DNA of 64,000 bases from Lama glama (taxonomy: Eukaryota): positions 34,722,001 through 34,786,000 of the forward strand of contig CM052817.1 in assembly GCA_028534125.1 (NCBI GenBank), given 5' to 3'. Within the stretch, counting starts at the first letter, position 1. Each line of letters opens with the position of its first letter. Both the position numbers and the translations under genes were made by a program. Positions 50,320 through 63,470 of the stretch are shown piece after piece. Below the pieces are notes generated by a model. That model searched no databases and was not told the origin of the DNA. It saw only the letters and a list, made by a program, of their open reading frames with translations.

Positions 50320-51005
50320 CGTTAAAAGAAAATAGATAAACTGGATCTCATCAAATTTATAAACAGCTATTCACCAAAAGACATCATTACTAAAGTGAAA
50401 AAACAAGCCACAGACTAACAAAAAAGATTTTAAAAATCAATAATATATGTTTTAAACGCTCAAAAGAGTTAAACAGGCACGCCACAAAAGAAGTTATCTA
50501 AATAATCAATAAGCATGCTAAAAGGGTGCTGAACATCTTTAGTCATCAGGAAAATGCAAATTAAAACTTCCATGAGATGCCGCCACATACTTTTCAGAGT
50601 AGCTAAAATTAAAAGATTAACAATGCCAATGTTGGCAATGATATGGAGCAATAGGAATTATTATACACTGCTGGTGTGAGTATCAAACTGTACAACCACA
50701 TTGGAAAACTGCTTCCCAATTTCTCTGAAAGTTAAATAGACATCTGCCTGCCCAATGACCTATAATTCTACTTCTAATATATATAGTATATCCAAGAGAA
50801 AGAAATGCTTACATCCACAAAAAGACTTACACAAGAATGTTTGTAGCAGTTTTATTAAAAATAGCTTCAAAACAGAAATAACACAAATGTCCATCAAAAG
50901 GAAAATGGAGAAACAACTTGTGGGATTTTGATACAATAAAATTCTATTCAATAGAAAAGAACAAACTACTGCTAAAATAACACTGATGAATTTCACAGGA
51001 GCCAA
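50320..51005 (+). mobile_element. Old L1 ORF2 3' region
   Basis: atagataaactggatctcatcaaa...tagtcatcaggaaaatgcaaattaaaac...aagacttacacaagaatgttt. Confidence 0.8.
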
Positions 51006-51218
51006 TTTAAAAGAACTCTCACTGGTCAAGTTGTCCTAATTTGAGCATCAATGGAAATAATAATAATAATGTTTAATTATAATAATATGAATAATAGTAA
51101 CTAGTAATTACTAATCTGAGTAATAACAATTAGTCATCATTTTGGTTAATTAAAATTAACTGAGTCTATGAAAGATATAAATTCATAACAATATTGAAAA
51201 GAAAAGAATTAATAGAAA

Positions 51219-51447
51219 GCAGTGACTTTCAAACATTTTTTAAAACCAAGGTCCACAGCTAGAATTATACTATAGACACAAACACACACAAACACACACA
51301 CACCCCATCTTAAATGCTGTTCAAAATATTACTCACTCTTCTTATTAACTCTGGCTAGTTCTATTTTATTCAACTCTTTAACCAATTTAAAAAAACTGAT
51401 TGCATGAATAACCAATTGGTTGCAAATTATAGTTCATAAAACATTGA
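51219..51447. mobile_element. MER112-like hAT-Charlie MITE
   Basis: Starts cagtgactttcaaaca, ends cataaaacattg, internal AC-rich tract. A reversed similar copy lies at about 61070-61290. Confidence 0.55.
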
Positions 51448-51683
51448 TAAAAATTAGTTGAAATGAAAAAGGATAAGGTTCCTTTTTTTAAACTAATTTT
51501 GAGATTTTGATCAGTAGGGATATTCTCATATGTGAGCATTTTGTTTCACTAATTACACATCTGCTTATATATATACAAGATGACTACTTATTTCCATTTA
51601 TGTATGCAAAGAGGAACAAATGCAGAGAAATAAAAAGGAAACCAAATAGTCCTAGAAAAAATAAAAATTGTACCAAAAAGAGA

Positions 51684-53454
51684 TTCATGTGCCCTGACTT
51701 CAGATTATACTACAAAGCTACAGTGATCAAAACAGTGTGGTACTGGCATAAAAAGAGACTCAGAGATCAATGGAACAGAATAGAGAGATCAGAAATAAAC
51801 CCAAATAACTATGGTCAATTTATCTATGACAAAGGAGGCAAGAATATACAATGGAGAAAAGACTTTTCAATAAGACAGCTGGACAGCTACATGTAAAAGA
51901 AGAAAATTAGAACTTTTTTTTCACACCATATACAAGAATAAACTCAAAATGGATTAAGGATCTAAATGTAAGCTCTGAAATCATAAAACTCTTAGAAGAA
52001 AACAGGTAGAACATTCTTTGACATAAATCGTAGCAATACTTTTTGGCCCTGTCTCCTAAGGCAAAGGAAACAAAAATAAACAAATGGGACCTACTTAAAC
52101 CTAAAAGCTTTTGCACAGCAAAGGAAATCATCAACAAAATGAAAAGACAACCTACTGAATGGGAGAAAATATTTGCAAATGATATGACCAATAAGGGGTT
52201 ATTATCCAAAATATATAAACAGCTCAAACAACTCAATATCAAAAAAAAACCCAACAACAATCTGATTAAAAAATAAGCAGGTGACCTGAATAGACATTTG
52301 TTCAAAGAAGGCATACAGATGGCTAACAGGCACATGAAAAGATGCTCAACTTCACGAATTACCAGAGAAATACACATCAAAATCACAATGAGATATCACC
52401 TCTCACCAGTCAGAATGGCTATCATCAAAAAGACCACAAATAACAAACGCTGGCAAGGATGTGGAGAAAATGAAATTCTCGCACACTGTTGGTGGGAATT
52501 AAATTGATGCAGCCACTATGGAAAACAGTATGGAGATTCCTAAATAAACTAAAAATATAGTTACCATATGATCCAGCAATTCCACTCCTGGGCATATATG
52601 CAAAGAAAATTAAAACTAATTCAAAAAGATATATGCACACAGGTCGCTCTCTCTCTTGCCTTCTGAGATGGCCCATACTCTGTCTATGGAGCGTGTGTCT
52701 GCTTTTACTTTCACCACCCCAACAACACTCCCTGCCTTGTGGCCTCTCTGGCCTTCTGAGATGGCCTACACTCCACTAGGTCTATGGAGTGTGTATCTCT
52801 CTGAATAAATCTGCTTTTACTCAAAAATAAAAAAGATACATGCACTCCAATTTTCACAGCAGCATTATTTACAATAGTCAAGATGTGGAAGCAACCTAAG
52901 TGTCCATCGGTAGATGAGTGGGATGAATGGATAAAGATGTGATTCATATAATTATACACACAGGCACACAGACACACACACACACCTACAGTGAAATTAC
53001 TCAGCCACTAAAAAGATTGAAATTTTGCCATTTTCAAGAACACAGATGGACCTGGAGGTTATTATGCTTTGTGAAATAATTCAAAGAAAGACAAACACTG
53101 TATGTCATCACTTTTATGTAGAATCTGAAAAATAAAACAAATGAATGAATATAACAAAACAGAAACAGACTCACAGATATAGAGAAAAAACTAGTGGTTA
53201 CCGGTAGGGAGAGGGAAGCAGGGAGGGCCAAGACAAGGGCGAGGGATTAAGAGTACCAACTACTATGTATAAAATAAATAAGCTACAAGGATATATTGCA
53301 CTACACAGAAAATACAGTCAATCTTTTATAATAACTTTAAATGGAGTATAATTCATAAAACATTTTTGGATCACTATGTTGTACATCTGAAAATAATATA
53401 ATATTGCAAATCAACTATGCTTCAATAAAAAAATTAAAAATAATTTTAAAAAAG
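51684..53454 (+). mobile_element. 5'-truncated L1 (last ~1.2 kb of ORF2 + 3'UTR), frameshifted, carrying a nested insertion
   Basis: ORF pieces [50 protein letters not shown]...[19 protein letters not shown] aaattgtaccaaaaagaga (51665-51683) / aaattgttctaaaaagaga (53455-53473). Confidence 0.95.
52639..52829 (+). mobile_element. Non-L1 polyadenylated retroposed insert, LTR R-region-like
   Basis: TSD aaaaagatatatgcac (52623-52638) / aaaaagatacatgcac (52830-52845). AATAAA at 52804-52809, short A tail from 52823. Internal ~50 bp direct repeat. Confidence 0.8.
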
Positions 53455-53964
53455 AAATTGTTCTAAAAAGAGAAAGGATTGTCCAGCATGAGTAATCAAA
53501 CATCATAAACAAGTAGAAAGGGGATCCAACAAATAAGTTTCCTAAAGATAAATTAACCAAATGTTCTAACAACTAAAGTTAAATATGTGTATTCAAGCTC
53601 TCACATCTAGGGATGGACACCTACCTGATACCAAACTAACCATAATAAAACTCTAATACAGCATATACCGTTTTAATTAATTGTATTATTTTTTAATTTT
53701 TAAGAGATACTATAGTCATATGGTTCAAGTTTTAATATAAAATTATAAAACATTAAACAGTACATATATTTATGGTTTTTTAAAAATAAAAATCTCTCTC
53801 TCACTTACCTCACAACTGCTCAGTTCCTACTCTATCAGAAGCCCCTCACAATCTGGGTAACCACTGATAAGTGTCATAGTCTCCTTATATAATTTTTTTG
53901 TGCATAATCAAGAAAATCTGAATTATTTGCCCTCTTTAAAATGTTTTAATTCCCTTCCAGAGGG

Positions 53965-54390
53965 TTTTTAATTAAAATTTAATTCATATACTACAGAATT
54001 CACTTTTAAAGTATACAATTAAGCAACTTTTGGTATATTCATGAAGTTGTACAACCATCACCACTATCCAATTAAAGGACTTTTTCATTACTCCAAAAAG
54101 AAGGCCCATGTCCCTTAGCTATCAGCCCCCCACCTTCTTATGCCTAAGAAACTATTAATCTACTCTCTGAGACCATAGATTTGCCTATTCTGGACATTTC
54201 ATGTAAGTGGAATCATACAATAGGTGGCCTCTTATGACCGGTTTCTTTCACTCAGCATAATGATTTCAAGGTTTACCCAGACTATTTTCCCAGGGGGGCT
54301 GCATCATTTTACACTCCCACCAGCAATGTATGTGTGTTCCAGTTCTCCACATCCTCACCAACAGTTGTTACAGCTCATCTTTTTGATTAC
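53965..54390 (-). mobile_element. L1MB-like 3' fragment(s)
   Basis: agttgtacaaccatcaccactatc...gatttgcctattctggacatttcat...ttttacactcccaccagcaatg. Confidence 0.8.
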
Positions 54391-54734
54391 CTCCATTTTT
54401 TAACACAAAGAGAAGAGAACATACTACACACTGCTACAGGCTTGCTTTTTCCACATAGCATCTTGGAGACCTTTCCCTATCAGGCAGTAGAGAGGATCTG
54501 TTTCTGGGGGAGCAGCTGGTACAGAGGAGGAGGGGGCTAGGGGATTCCAGAATGAACATACATAAATACATACGTACACACATACATTTTTTTCTTCACA
54601 GTTTTCTTGTATCACAGGAACACATCCACAGGCCCCTAAAGGGCTCCCAGAACACCATCTGAAAACTATTTATCTGTCTGGGTCACCCCTCACTTGACAA
54701 ATGAGGAAACCAAAGCCCAGAGAGGCAAGGTGAT

Positions 54735-55162
54735 CTTCCTAGCTAGGGTTTGCTGTAACAAAGTATCACAAATTGGGAGGCTTAAACAACAGAAATGTGT
54801 GGTCTCACAGTTCTGGAGGCTAGATTTCCAGAACTAAGGTTGTTTCTTCTGAGAGCTGTGAGAGAGGATATGTTCCAAGGTTCCCCCAGCTCCTGGAGGT
54901 TTCTGAACAACATTTGGTTTTCCCTGGCTTATAGAAGCATCACCGGATCTCTGTCTTCCTCTACACATGACATTCTGCCTGTATGCATGCCTGTCTCAAA
55001 ATTCCCCCTTTTAATTAGGATAGAAGACATACTGGATTACGGTCCACTCTAATGATCCAATTTTAACTTGATTATCTCGGTAAGGAATAAGATCACATTT
55101 TGAGGTACAGGGGGTAGAACTTCAGTGTATGAATTTGGGGGGAACACAATTCAACCCATAAC
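54735..55162 (-). mobile_element. MLT1 (MaLR) solo LTR, MLT1B/C-like
   Basis: gctgtaacaaagtatcacaaattgggaggcttaaacaacagaaat...cacagttctggaggctag...acacaattcaacccataac. Confidence 0.85.
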
Positions 55163-55575
55163 CCCATAGGGTTATTGTCACTAGTGAAGCTCTCTGGGTT
55201 TCCCAGATATCCTTGAATTTCATAAATGTCTTTCATACCAAGAAGCCAGTTTATAAAGCATTTTCATTATTGACACCTCTAATTAAAGATAAATATCTTA
55301 ACTCAATAAGCAAATAACTATGATTTGACTTCAATTTTAAAAGAAAGTTACTAAGCTAACATAACCACTTGTATAAGCATTAGTGGGAGATAAATCACCA
55401 TACACACTGTGGCACTTTGGTCAGTTGACGAGAAGTCAGGAAACACAGAGATGAGTCCCAACTCTTGACATTCACTCATTTGGGGGACTATTTACCACCT
55501 GGATTGCCACGTCTCTTCTCATGGATGAGTTGATATGATCTCTGAAGCCCAGAGGATTCTACGATTTCTACTCTA

Positions 55576-55820
55576 TTTTTAAAATTTTTAAAAAGTTTAT
55601 TGAAGGATAGTCAGTTTATAATTCTGTCAATTTCTGGTGTACAGCATAATGTCTCAGTCATACATATAAATACACATATTCATTTCATATTCTTTTTCAT
55701 TACAGGTTCCTACAGAATACTGAATATAGTTCCCTATACAGAAGAAACTTGTTTTTCTGTTTTATATATAGTGGTTAGCATCTGCAAATCTCAAATTCCC
55801 AATTCATCCTTTCCCATCCT
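55576..55820 (-). mobile_element. L1 3'UTR fragment (camelid type)
   Basis: tttattgaaggatagtcagtttata...tctggtgtacagcataat, homologous in reverse to 3805-3880. Confidence 0.82.
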
Positions 55821-57669
55821 TATGGTTGATTTTGTACTATTCTTTTCTATCTCCATATAAAAACAGGAGTAACAGAGAGATCAATGACACAGACAGACAA
55901 GCATATTTTATAACATCTATTCATAGATTCACAGATTTTTAGAAATAAAAGGCTTTCATTTACCACTCTCATTTAATAGGCAAAAAAATGGAAGCCTAGG
56001 GAAGTTAAGTGCCTAGTCCTACGACACACATACTGTTCCTTGCTTGAATAACTTCAAATAGGGCTCGGATCCTTAAATTAAGTCCACAGACCTAAGGTCT
56101 CCATGGATGAACTTTGGAGGCCTCTACACCTTCTGAGAGCTCAATAATGTTCAAACAAATCCTCAGTGCTTATGCCCTAAATGCCTGGCATATAAGACAT
56201 ACTCAATAAACATTAGTTGACTTATGTATATTGAATCATTAACCTAGAAAATTAATAACCACTGAAGTAGAGTAAAATAGAATATGATCATTCTCTGGAA
56301 AATAGTCCTCACTGTTTCTTGTTCTGATAACGCTCCATTTGTGTGGAGCCTTTCATCAGCCTTCCCAGTCCTGGGTGAATTGTACCATGCTTATCTTTTA
56401 AGCCAATTAAGAAAGATGTTTAAATCACAATTTCATCTCCTTTAGGGAATCATCCACCTTTTTATTTAACTCTACCACTGTATTTAATTAACAAGTGTTT
56501 AATGGCAGTTAATAAGTGATATATTAATTAATTTATGAAATCACTTTGTCCTTATTAAAGTAATTCAAATTTTTACATGCTTGTAATTTTCATTACTCCC
56601 ATCAAATACAACACAGCACGTTCAATTAAACTTGAGTTACCTTGCTTTACTATCAGTCCAAGTACCAGCGAAAACCTCTAGTGTATCTAGGATATGCGCT
56701 GGAACAATTATCAAAACTGTGACTTTGACAAAGTCAGAGAAATGCCTTGGGCCCAAGACACACGGCGTCATAAACAAAAAGCAGCAAACTATAGAGTAGG
56801 TGTACAAGAAATATTTGATGAATCAATGAAGGAAAAAGGAAGTAGCTAATGCTCTTGGGAGAACAGAAATTTCTCATTGAATAGGGAACTGTTAACCTTA
56901 GGAAGAGCTGATAGGACAGCCATCAGTGGAGGAAGATGCAATGGTTACATCCTCCTCTGAAAGAACACGTCTGTTTGTGGGACATTAAGGACCCGCACCA
57001 AGCTGATGATCATCAGTGTAGGTATCAAATACAACTGTCTTTTGTTACTAAATATTTCCTTTTGGTAATTCATTACTAAGGACTGGCAAATATGGAAGCA
57101 AGCCAGACTTCCAGGAATGGAACCACAAGACAGAAGTATGAGACTCTGCAGGAAGCAGGCCAGGCTATGTATGCAATAGACGTGTATGATAATGAATTAC
57201 ATTTTTTTTAAAAAAAAACCACAGATGTTATTTATAAATAATTTATACTCTTCAGAAGCATTCACAAATAATGATTTACCTTGCCAATAGAGATGAAAAG
57301 CTCTCTTCTTTACAAGATTAGGTCTTACTCATGTTTGTGCCCCAATTCCAGCAAAGAGTTGCTGCTTTACAAATGACTGTGGGTTTATTCTTAAAATTAA
57401 GTATAAGAGTGTTATTATCAAGGAAGATCCTACAAAATCTTGCTATTTATCTTGTCTAGCTTTCTAGATCACCGTGTATCACAGAGAAAAGTGGATTTCT
57501 CACCCTAGAAACTTTCTAAAAAAGTAATTATAATCTTGGCAACTAAGTACCATCCAAGACTTGAAGAAGTGAACACAGGAATTTGGGGGTGCTCCCTTGG
57601 TGAATGCCAAGACAAGAAGGATCTTCCTGTGTCTTTACTCTGCACCCCTTGGAACAAAGATCCTTGATA

Positions 57670-57959
57670 CAGTCAGCCCTCTGTATCCATGATTTCTGCA
57701 TCCATGGATTCAACCAACAGCAAATTGAAACTATTCAGAAAAAAATTCCAGACAGTTCCAAAAAGGAAAACTTGAATTTGCCAGGGAAGGCAACTATTTA
57801 CTTAGCATTTATATCATATTAGGTAGCATGAGTAGCCTAGAGATGATTTAAAGTATACAGGAGGATTGCCTAGGTTATGTGCAAATACTGTGCTGTAAGG
57901 GATTTGAGCTTCCTGGATTTTGGTATCCACTGGGAGTCCTGGGACCAATCAGTCCTCTG
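57670..57959. mobile_element. MER2/MER2B (Tigger2-derived) MITE
   Basis: TA-cagtcagccctctgtatcc...ggattcaaccaac...ggattttggtatcc...ctg-TA. Confidence 0.85.
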
Positions 57960-60479
57960 TATTTTAGAAAAAAAAAATCCAGATTGTCAAGGAGACATCA
58001 AATTTAAACCATTTACCTTACCTGGAGCTGAGGTTTCTTTGTGTCGAGTGTTTTCTTCCTAGCAGCTGAGAATGGAGTCTTGGGAGAAACTGTGGATGCC
58101 TGAATAAGAGCAGATATTTTGTTGTTGCAAATTTTATTTTAAACTTACTCATATTATGATCCAGTCATTATGTAGAATACTAAGCACTTCTTAAAATGGT
58201 GTTGTAGAAGGATATTTGATGAAAAAGTTAATGTTCGTTTTAACTTTTCCTTTTTTATGGTATATTGAAAAATATTTCATGTAATAAAGATAAATATAAA
58301 CATATAAATTACATATATAATTCATATTAATATAAATGAATAAACATAAATATAATCTTAAAAGTATATGGACCCAGAATTGGTGAACTACAACTCAGAA
58401 ATAAACTCCAATGTTTTACAACATTATTACACATAAATATTCTTACTTTCCAAACTTCTTCAAGTTACATCAAGAGTTCCTCTTGGGGGAAGGATGGTGT
58501 GGAAATCTTTCAGGATGGGAGAACCTGTCTTCATTGCACAGGAATGTACAGATATTTCCTTGTAGTTCATTTGAGCAATTGTCTGACAACAACCCTGAAT
58601 AACTGAATACAAAAGAAATTTGGAGTTCATAGATGCATCATCTTCTACACTGACACATGAACATTATTTAACTTACAACTTCAAAAGGGAGTTGATAGTA
58701 CTGAATCATTCAATGTCAGTGGGTAATCTGTGGCTAGGTTCAATTAGCCTCTTAGCTCTATCTGATCACAAATATGAAACTCATTTAAGGGATAGAATTG
58801 TTGGTTGTAGCTCTCTGCCAGAATTTTAACTGAAGAAGGTAATGCTTCTATTGTGTGCTTACAGATGTGATGAATACAAGAAAGTGAGAGTTTAAGTTGT
58901 CAGGGAGAATGATAGTTCCAGCCCTGGAAGAAAAGGGAGGAGGGAGAGTGGAATTCAGAGACCACTGAGAAAATTTATTGATTCATACAAAAATACTCAT
59001 TGAAACTATTATGTGCTAGGCTACAGATGAAGTGCAAAAGAGACTGTGCCTCACTGTATGAAGTTGTATGTATTTTCCACTCATAATTAATTCTTAAGCA
59101 TCTTCTTTGTGCCAGTGTTGTAGATTTGGGGGAGGGGGCTGGGGGAGAGACAGCCCACAGTGCTTAGTCTTGAAAAGCAACACCATGTTCTATGTCTGCT
59201 CTATTTGGAGATATTGAAGAAATCAGCATTAAAAAGTAGGGGAGGAGGAGATATCATTTAAGTAAATGTGCAAGGGCATAGGCAGAATAATTTGAGGTAA
59301 TATTAAGTAAATGAAGTTCAATTTTGGTGCTTTGCTTCTGTTTTTATATATTTCCTTTCTTTGGGCATCTCTGAGGCTCCTTGGTAGCTTCCTGTGGACT
59401 TCACCCTGATAGTCTCCATCCACGGGGGAGCTAATCCAAGGCCAAATAACTAATTTGACAAATTAATTTCTACTAAAGTGTCTACTAAACTAATTTATAC
59501 TAATTGGATGAACTTATTTCTAATAATTAATTTAGGGTTATTCTCCTAAATAAAAGATAATGAATTTTAACTTCAGCCTTGTCAAGATACCCAGAATAAC
59601 AATGCCTTATACTCTCATTGTGCTACTAATTTATTTACAAACACCAATGCAAAGTACTGTGTGTCACATAATAAGAGGCTGTGAAGATGAATAAGATGCT
59701 AACCTTGTCTGTAAGGGGTCTTCCCAGCTAGTAATGGGGGGGAGTTCAACTTGCAATTTTAACCAAAGCAGTGAACAGTGAGGGCCGCACGGGCATAAGG
59801 GCCAAGGGAGGGCTTAGTATTCATCATCCCACGTCGGCTGCCATTTATGCACTTTTGAGGTTCTGAGATATAGCATGCTTCATGTTAAAGGGTTCTTGCA
59901 GCTAAACCTGCCATCAAGCTCCCTTAATGAACCCCAGACTAGATCTTCCTAGGTAGGCAAGGTACAGAAGGGTGACCCCAGCACTAACAGGAGCAATTAG
60001 TGAGATCCCCAAGAGAAAGATGAACCTCTAGAAAGAGGAGTCGGGGCTCTGAGGTCCAACCACCTTCTTACCTCAGAGGGTTTGGGCTCAATTTTTTAAA
60101 AGAGCTGGCAGTTTTCCTTAAAGGTATGTACCACTTTTCAGAGATGGCAGGGAGGCTGATAAACAGCTCCTGTTCCATCCTACTGCGTACAAAGAACTTC
60201 AAATGAGTTTTATATTTGTGGTTTAACCCAGTAGTGATGAATAATGGTAATTCCAGGTCAGGCTGGAGGAAAGATAGTGCCTTTCAGAGCAACAGAGGCA
60301 ACTATGGACAAGCAGCCCCTCTAACTGCCTCTCAAGTCACACACAGCATTGGGTCTTATACCAGGAAAAGACAGGTCACAAAACTGATGTATATGAGCCA
60401 AATGTGTCCCCATCTCCTGGGTCCTTCCCTTCTTAAATTTTCACTTCTGTGACATTAGATCAGGTTATTCACACTAAGT

Positions 60480-61030
60480 CACAACAGTCTTCCTTGTCTC
60501 CAATAAATCTGATCTCAAAGCATCCTCTTTCAGCAAAGTCACTAGAATAATTCTTAAACACGATTACATCATGTCATTTCTATAAGCAAAGGTAGTTTTT
60601 TTCTACTGCCTGAGGCTGGTGAAAGTATTGAAAGCTTCCACCTACCCCCTCTCTACTGAGTTATTGCCCTCATCCTTCTGTACTACACATCGTCTCCATT
60701 CCAACCAAGAACCACACTTCAGGGTCTTCTGGGCTATTTACTCCTCCTGGGATCTCCATTCATTCATGTCACTCAAAGGCAAGCTTTATACTTACGTTTC
60801 CAGGAAACCTCTAATTGCTGACCTTAACTATTCATATCTCAAGCCAACACTTCTAAAACTGACTTGTTTAATAGTGATTTGCCTGTTAGTTTGCTTCTTT
60901 TGATTTATTCTACTCTAAATGTGTTATTTTGTTGTTTCATGTGTTACATTCTAACTTCCCAAGGAGTTTCAATCTCCTTAAAATCAGACACCATGTCCTC
61001 TAGCCTTTTTTTTTTGTATATACTGTCTTC
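60480..61030 (+). mobile_element. L2 fragment
   Basis: cactagaataattcttaaac...gattacatcatgtca...tcattcatgtcactca, diverged. Confidence 0.5.
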
Positions 61031-62479
61031 ATCCCATTTCCCCAGTCTCCAAGACAGTACATTTTAAGCTATGGATTTCTATCAATTAGCCAGTCTAGTC
61101 CCCTATCAACACCTTTTAAATGAAATCAAATAGGAATTAGAGAACTGAAAATATCAGGGTGCCTCATCCATGGGGAGAGCAAGGATCTTCCTAAAACTCT
61201 GAACACAGGGCTGTGTGTGAGTGTGTATTAGACCATGATATAAAATATATTTCTTACTAAGTTGTGGTTAGGAAACCTTGAGAAATATGGCCAGAGACTT
61301 ACCACATAGTTATCCTAAGCAAGAAAGTTACCTTTTCACATTTATTTGGATCCCTCTAGCAGTTGTTCTCAGATTCCTGGCTTATTTCCCTTTGGCTTTT
61401 GATGTCACCCGTCGGCTCCAAGCATCACTTAATGACCTCCCAGAGTAGACCCTGCCTGCCCCTGGGATTGCAGGCTGACCCCTGCATGCCTTGGTCTCCA
61501 CACCTTCTGTCCCTGTTGTACCAGATGCAACCCCATCTTGGGAAAAAGCCCGAAGATGATGATGGCAAAGCTTCTGATATACAGAAATACCTACATTCTG
61601 GCTCTTGTGGGGAGCAGGGTCTAATATCCTCTGTGTTAAAGTAACTGACTTGATTATATAATGAAAAATAAGACTCAGGAAATTAACATTTCTCAGAGCC
61701 ACCTAGGAGTAAAACTCTAATTCGTGGAAGAGTATTTACACCCATGATCTTAAATTAGCAACTTAGTCAAACTTTGCAAAGAGAGCAGCAAAAATTCAGC
61801 ATTTTTGAAGAAATAAGTCCAATGAGGAAAAAATTCTAATCACTAGTTATTATCTGAGGTGATAGTTACTATAATAAAAGTACTACTTTAAGGGTCAATT
61901 AGAGTGAAAATTATACTGCAACCATAGTTTTCTTCTTCCTTCATACATAGAGATATAAATAGAAAATTAGAGTAAATATTCTCATGAATTTTTTCTAATG
62001 GTCTTAATGCAAATGCAAATGACCTGGGAAGGACTTTCTCCAAAATTATTTGGTGAAAATATAGAAATTAGGTAGTGATTTGAGAGGGAGAACTGTAGCT
62101 TTTTACATTGCTATGGTAATAATCTCCACTTCCACATATTTGTACAATCATAACTTTCTATTCATAATTTGTTCTGGAGCCCAAAACGACTCTGTTGGTA
62201 TCACCAGCACTCTCACAACATTTGGAAAGTAATAATAATTTCTGTATCTTATTTGCTTCCATTTCGTCAGTGTAGAGAAGATGAGATATAAATGAGGTTT
62301 CTTTTACAAAAGCGGCTATAACTTGATGAAAAACGGCCAGGCATTCACTTTACTATATAGTGTATGCTAAGTACATACAAGCTGGAATGGACATTCCCTG
62401 GAAAAATTGAGGGATACCCTGTCTCCCCAGCATAATTATAGGAATGGTCTTAGAGTCTGGTATGGGAGCCCTTAAACCT

Positions 62480-62590
62480 TAAAGGTTCAGAGAAGAGCTA
62501 CCAAGATATCAATGGAGTTAGAAAATAAGTCCTTTAATGGAAAATATGAGCACAATTGAGACTATAACATTGACTAATTTCCAGGACAAA
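62480..62590 (+). mobile_element. CR1/L3 remnant
   Basis: aaggttcagagaagagctaccaagatatcaatggagttagaaaataag resembles the CR1 ORF2 motif VQRRATKMI.GLE. Confidence 0.55.
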
Positions 62591-63404
62591 TGATAGTAAG
62601 AAGTGAGTGCTTCAGGGAGAAGTTGGGTAGCTAGGGGGCTAAATGATTAACTTCAAACCTCTAGTGATGGTTTGAAGCTGGTCTCTGAGAGCTTCCTAGG
62701 GTTGAAATGGTCCATAAGTCACAGCTCTGTCCCGACTCAATCCCACTTTCCAGGAAAGCAGGGATGGTCTAGCATGTGGGACATGGCAAGTACCCAATAA
62801 ATGTTTGCAACAGTTGGCTTTATCTTATATTCCTATATTTATTTTCCTTTCATTACCATTTTCTCATTTATATTTTCTTCCATAGGTTTCCTTCATAGAA
62901 CAAGGGTTATAAATAAATACTATATAAAGGTAAATGAAATGCTGTTGAAGAGTAAAAGGAAGAATGCAAAGCATGCCATATGAATGTGTGTCATAAAGAC
63001 ATAAAGGCTTTCAAAGGATGGAGAAGTCACATATAGATAGAGGAGCCCAGTGAGGTTTCACAGAAGAAACAAGTCTATAGCCAATAGGTAGAAGTGTGAT
63101 TGACAGAAAAGATTCTGATAGATGTAGAGAGCCTAGTCTTCAAATTCATTTAATAAATTTTACTCAAATATTTATTTGCTGATTCTAAAAGAGAAGCTTA
63201 GGATACAAAATACAGCAATATAACCTGTAGTATCAGTATTAAGGAACAGTGAACCAAGAAATCTATCTTTTCTTTTGGCCATGAAAAGAATAATGGGGGA
63301 TTTCTGTTGGGAGAGGAAAACAAAGTTATCAGAATTTAGGATACCACAAGCTATTATCTGGATTTTTTCAAAGCAGTTGTAATATCCATTATTCATTCTA
63401 CGAC

Positions 63405-63470
63405 TGTCTTAGCTCATTTGGGTGCTATAACGGAATATCATAGACTGGGTGGCTTATAAACAACAGAAAT
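63405..63470 (-). mobile_element. MLT1/MST LTR terminal fragment
   Basis: tgtcttag...gctataacggaatatcatagactgggtggcttataaacaacagaaat. Confidence 0.75.

Noticed and set aside
51507..52676. Cluster of protein-like ORFs as a host gene
   Set aside because: These are frameshifted L1 ORF2 fragments and their antisense frames.
52658..52821. Repeat-spacer-repeat as a CRISPR-like array
   Set aside because: Only two diverged units, in a mammalian genome. An internal duplication in an LTR-like sequence explains it.
56720..56736. Inverted repeat tgactttg-a-caaagtca
   Set aside because: 8-bp arms are expected by chance in 64 kb and there is no supporting context.
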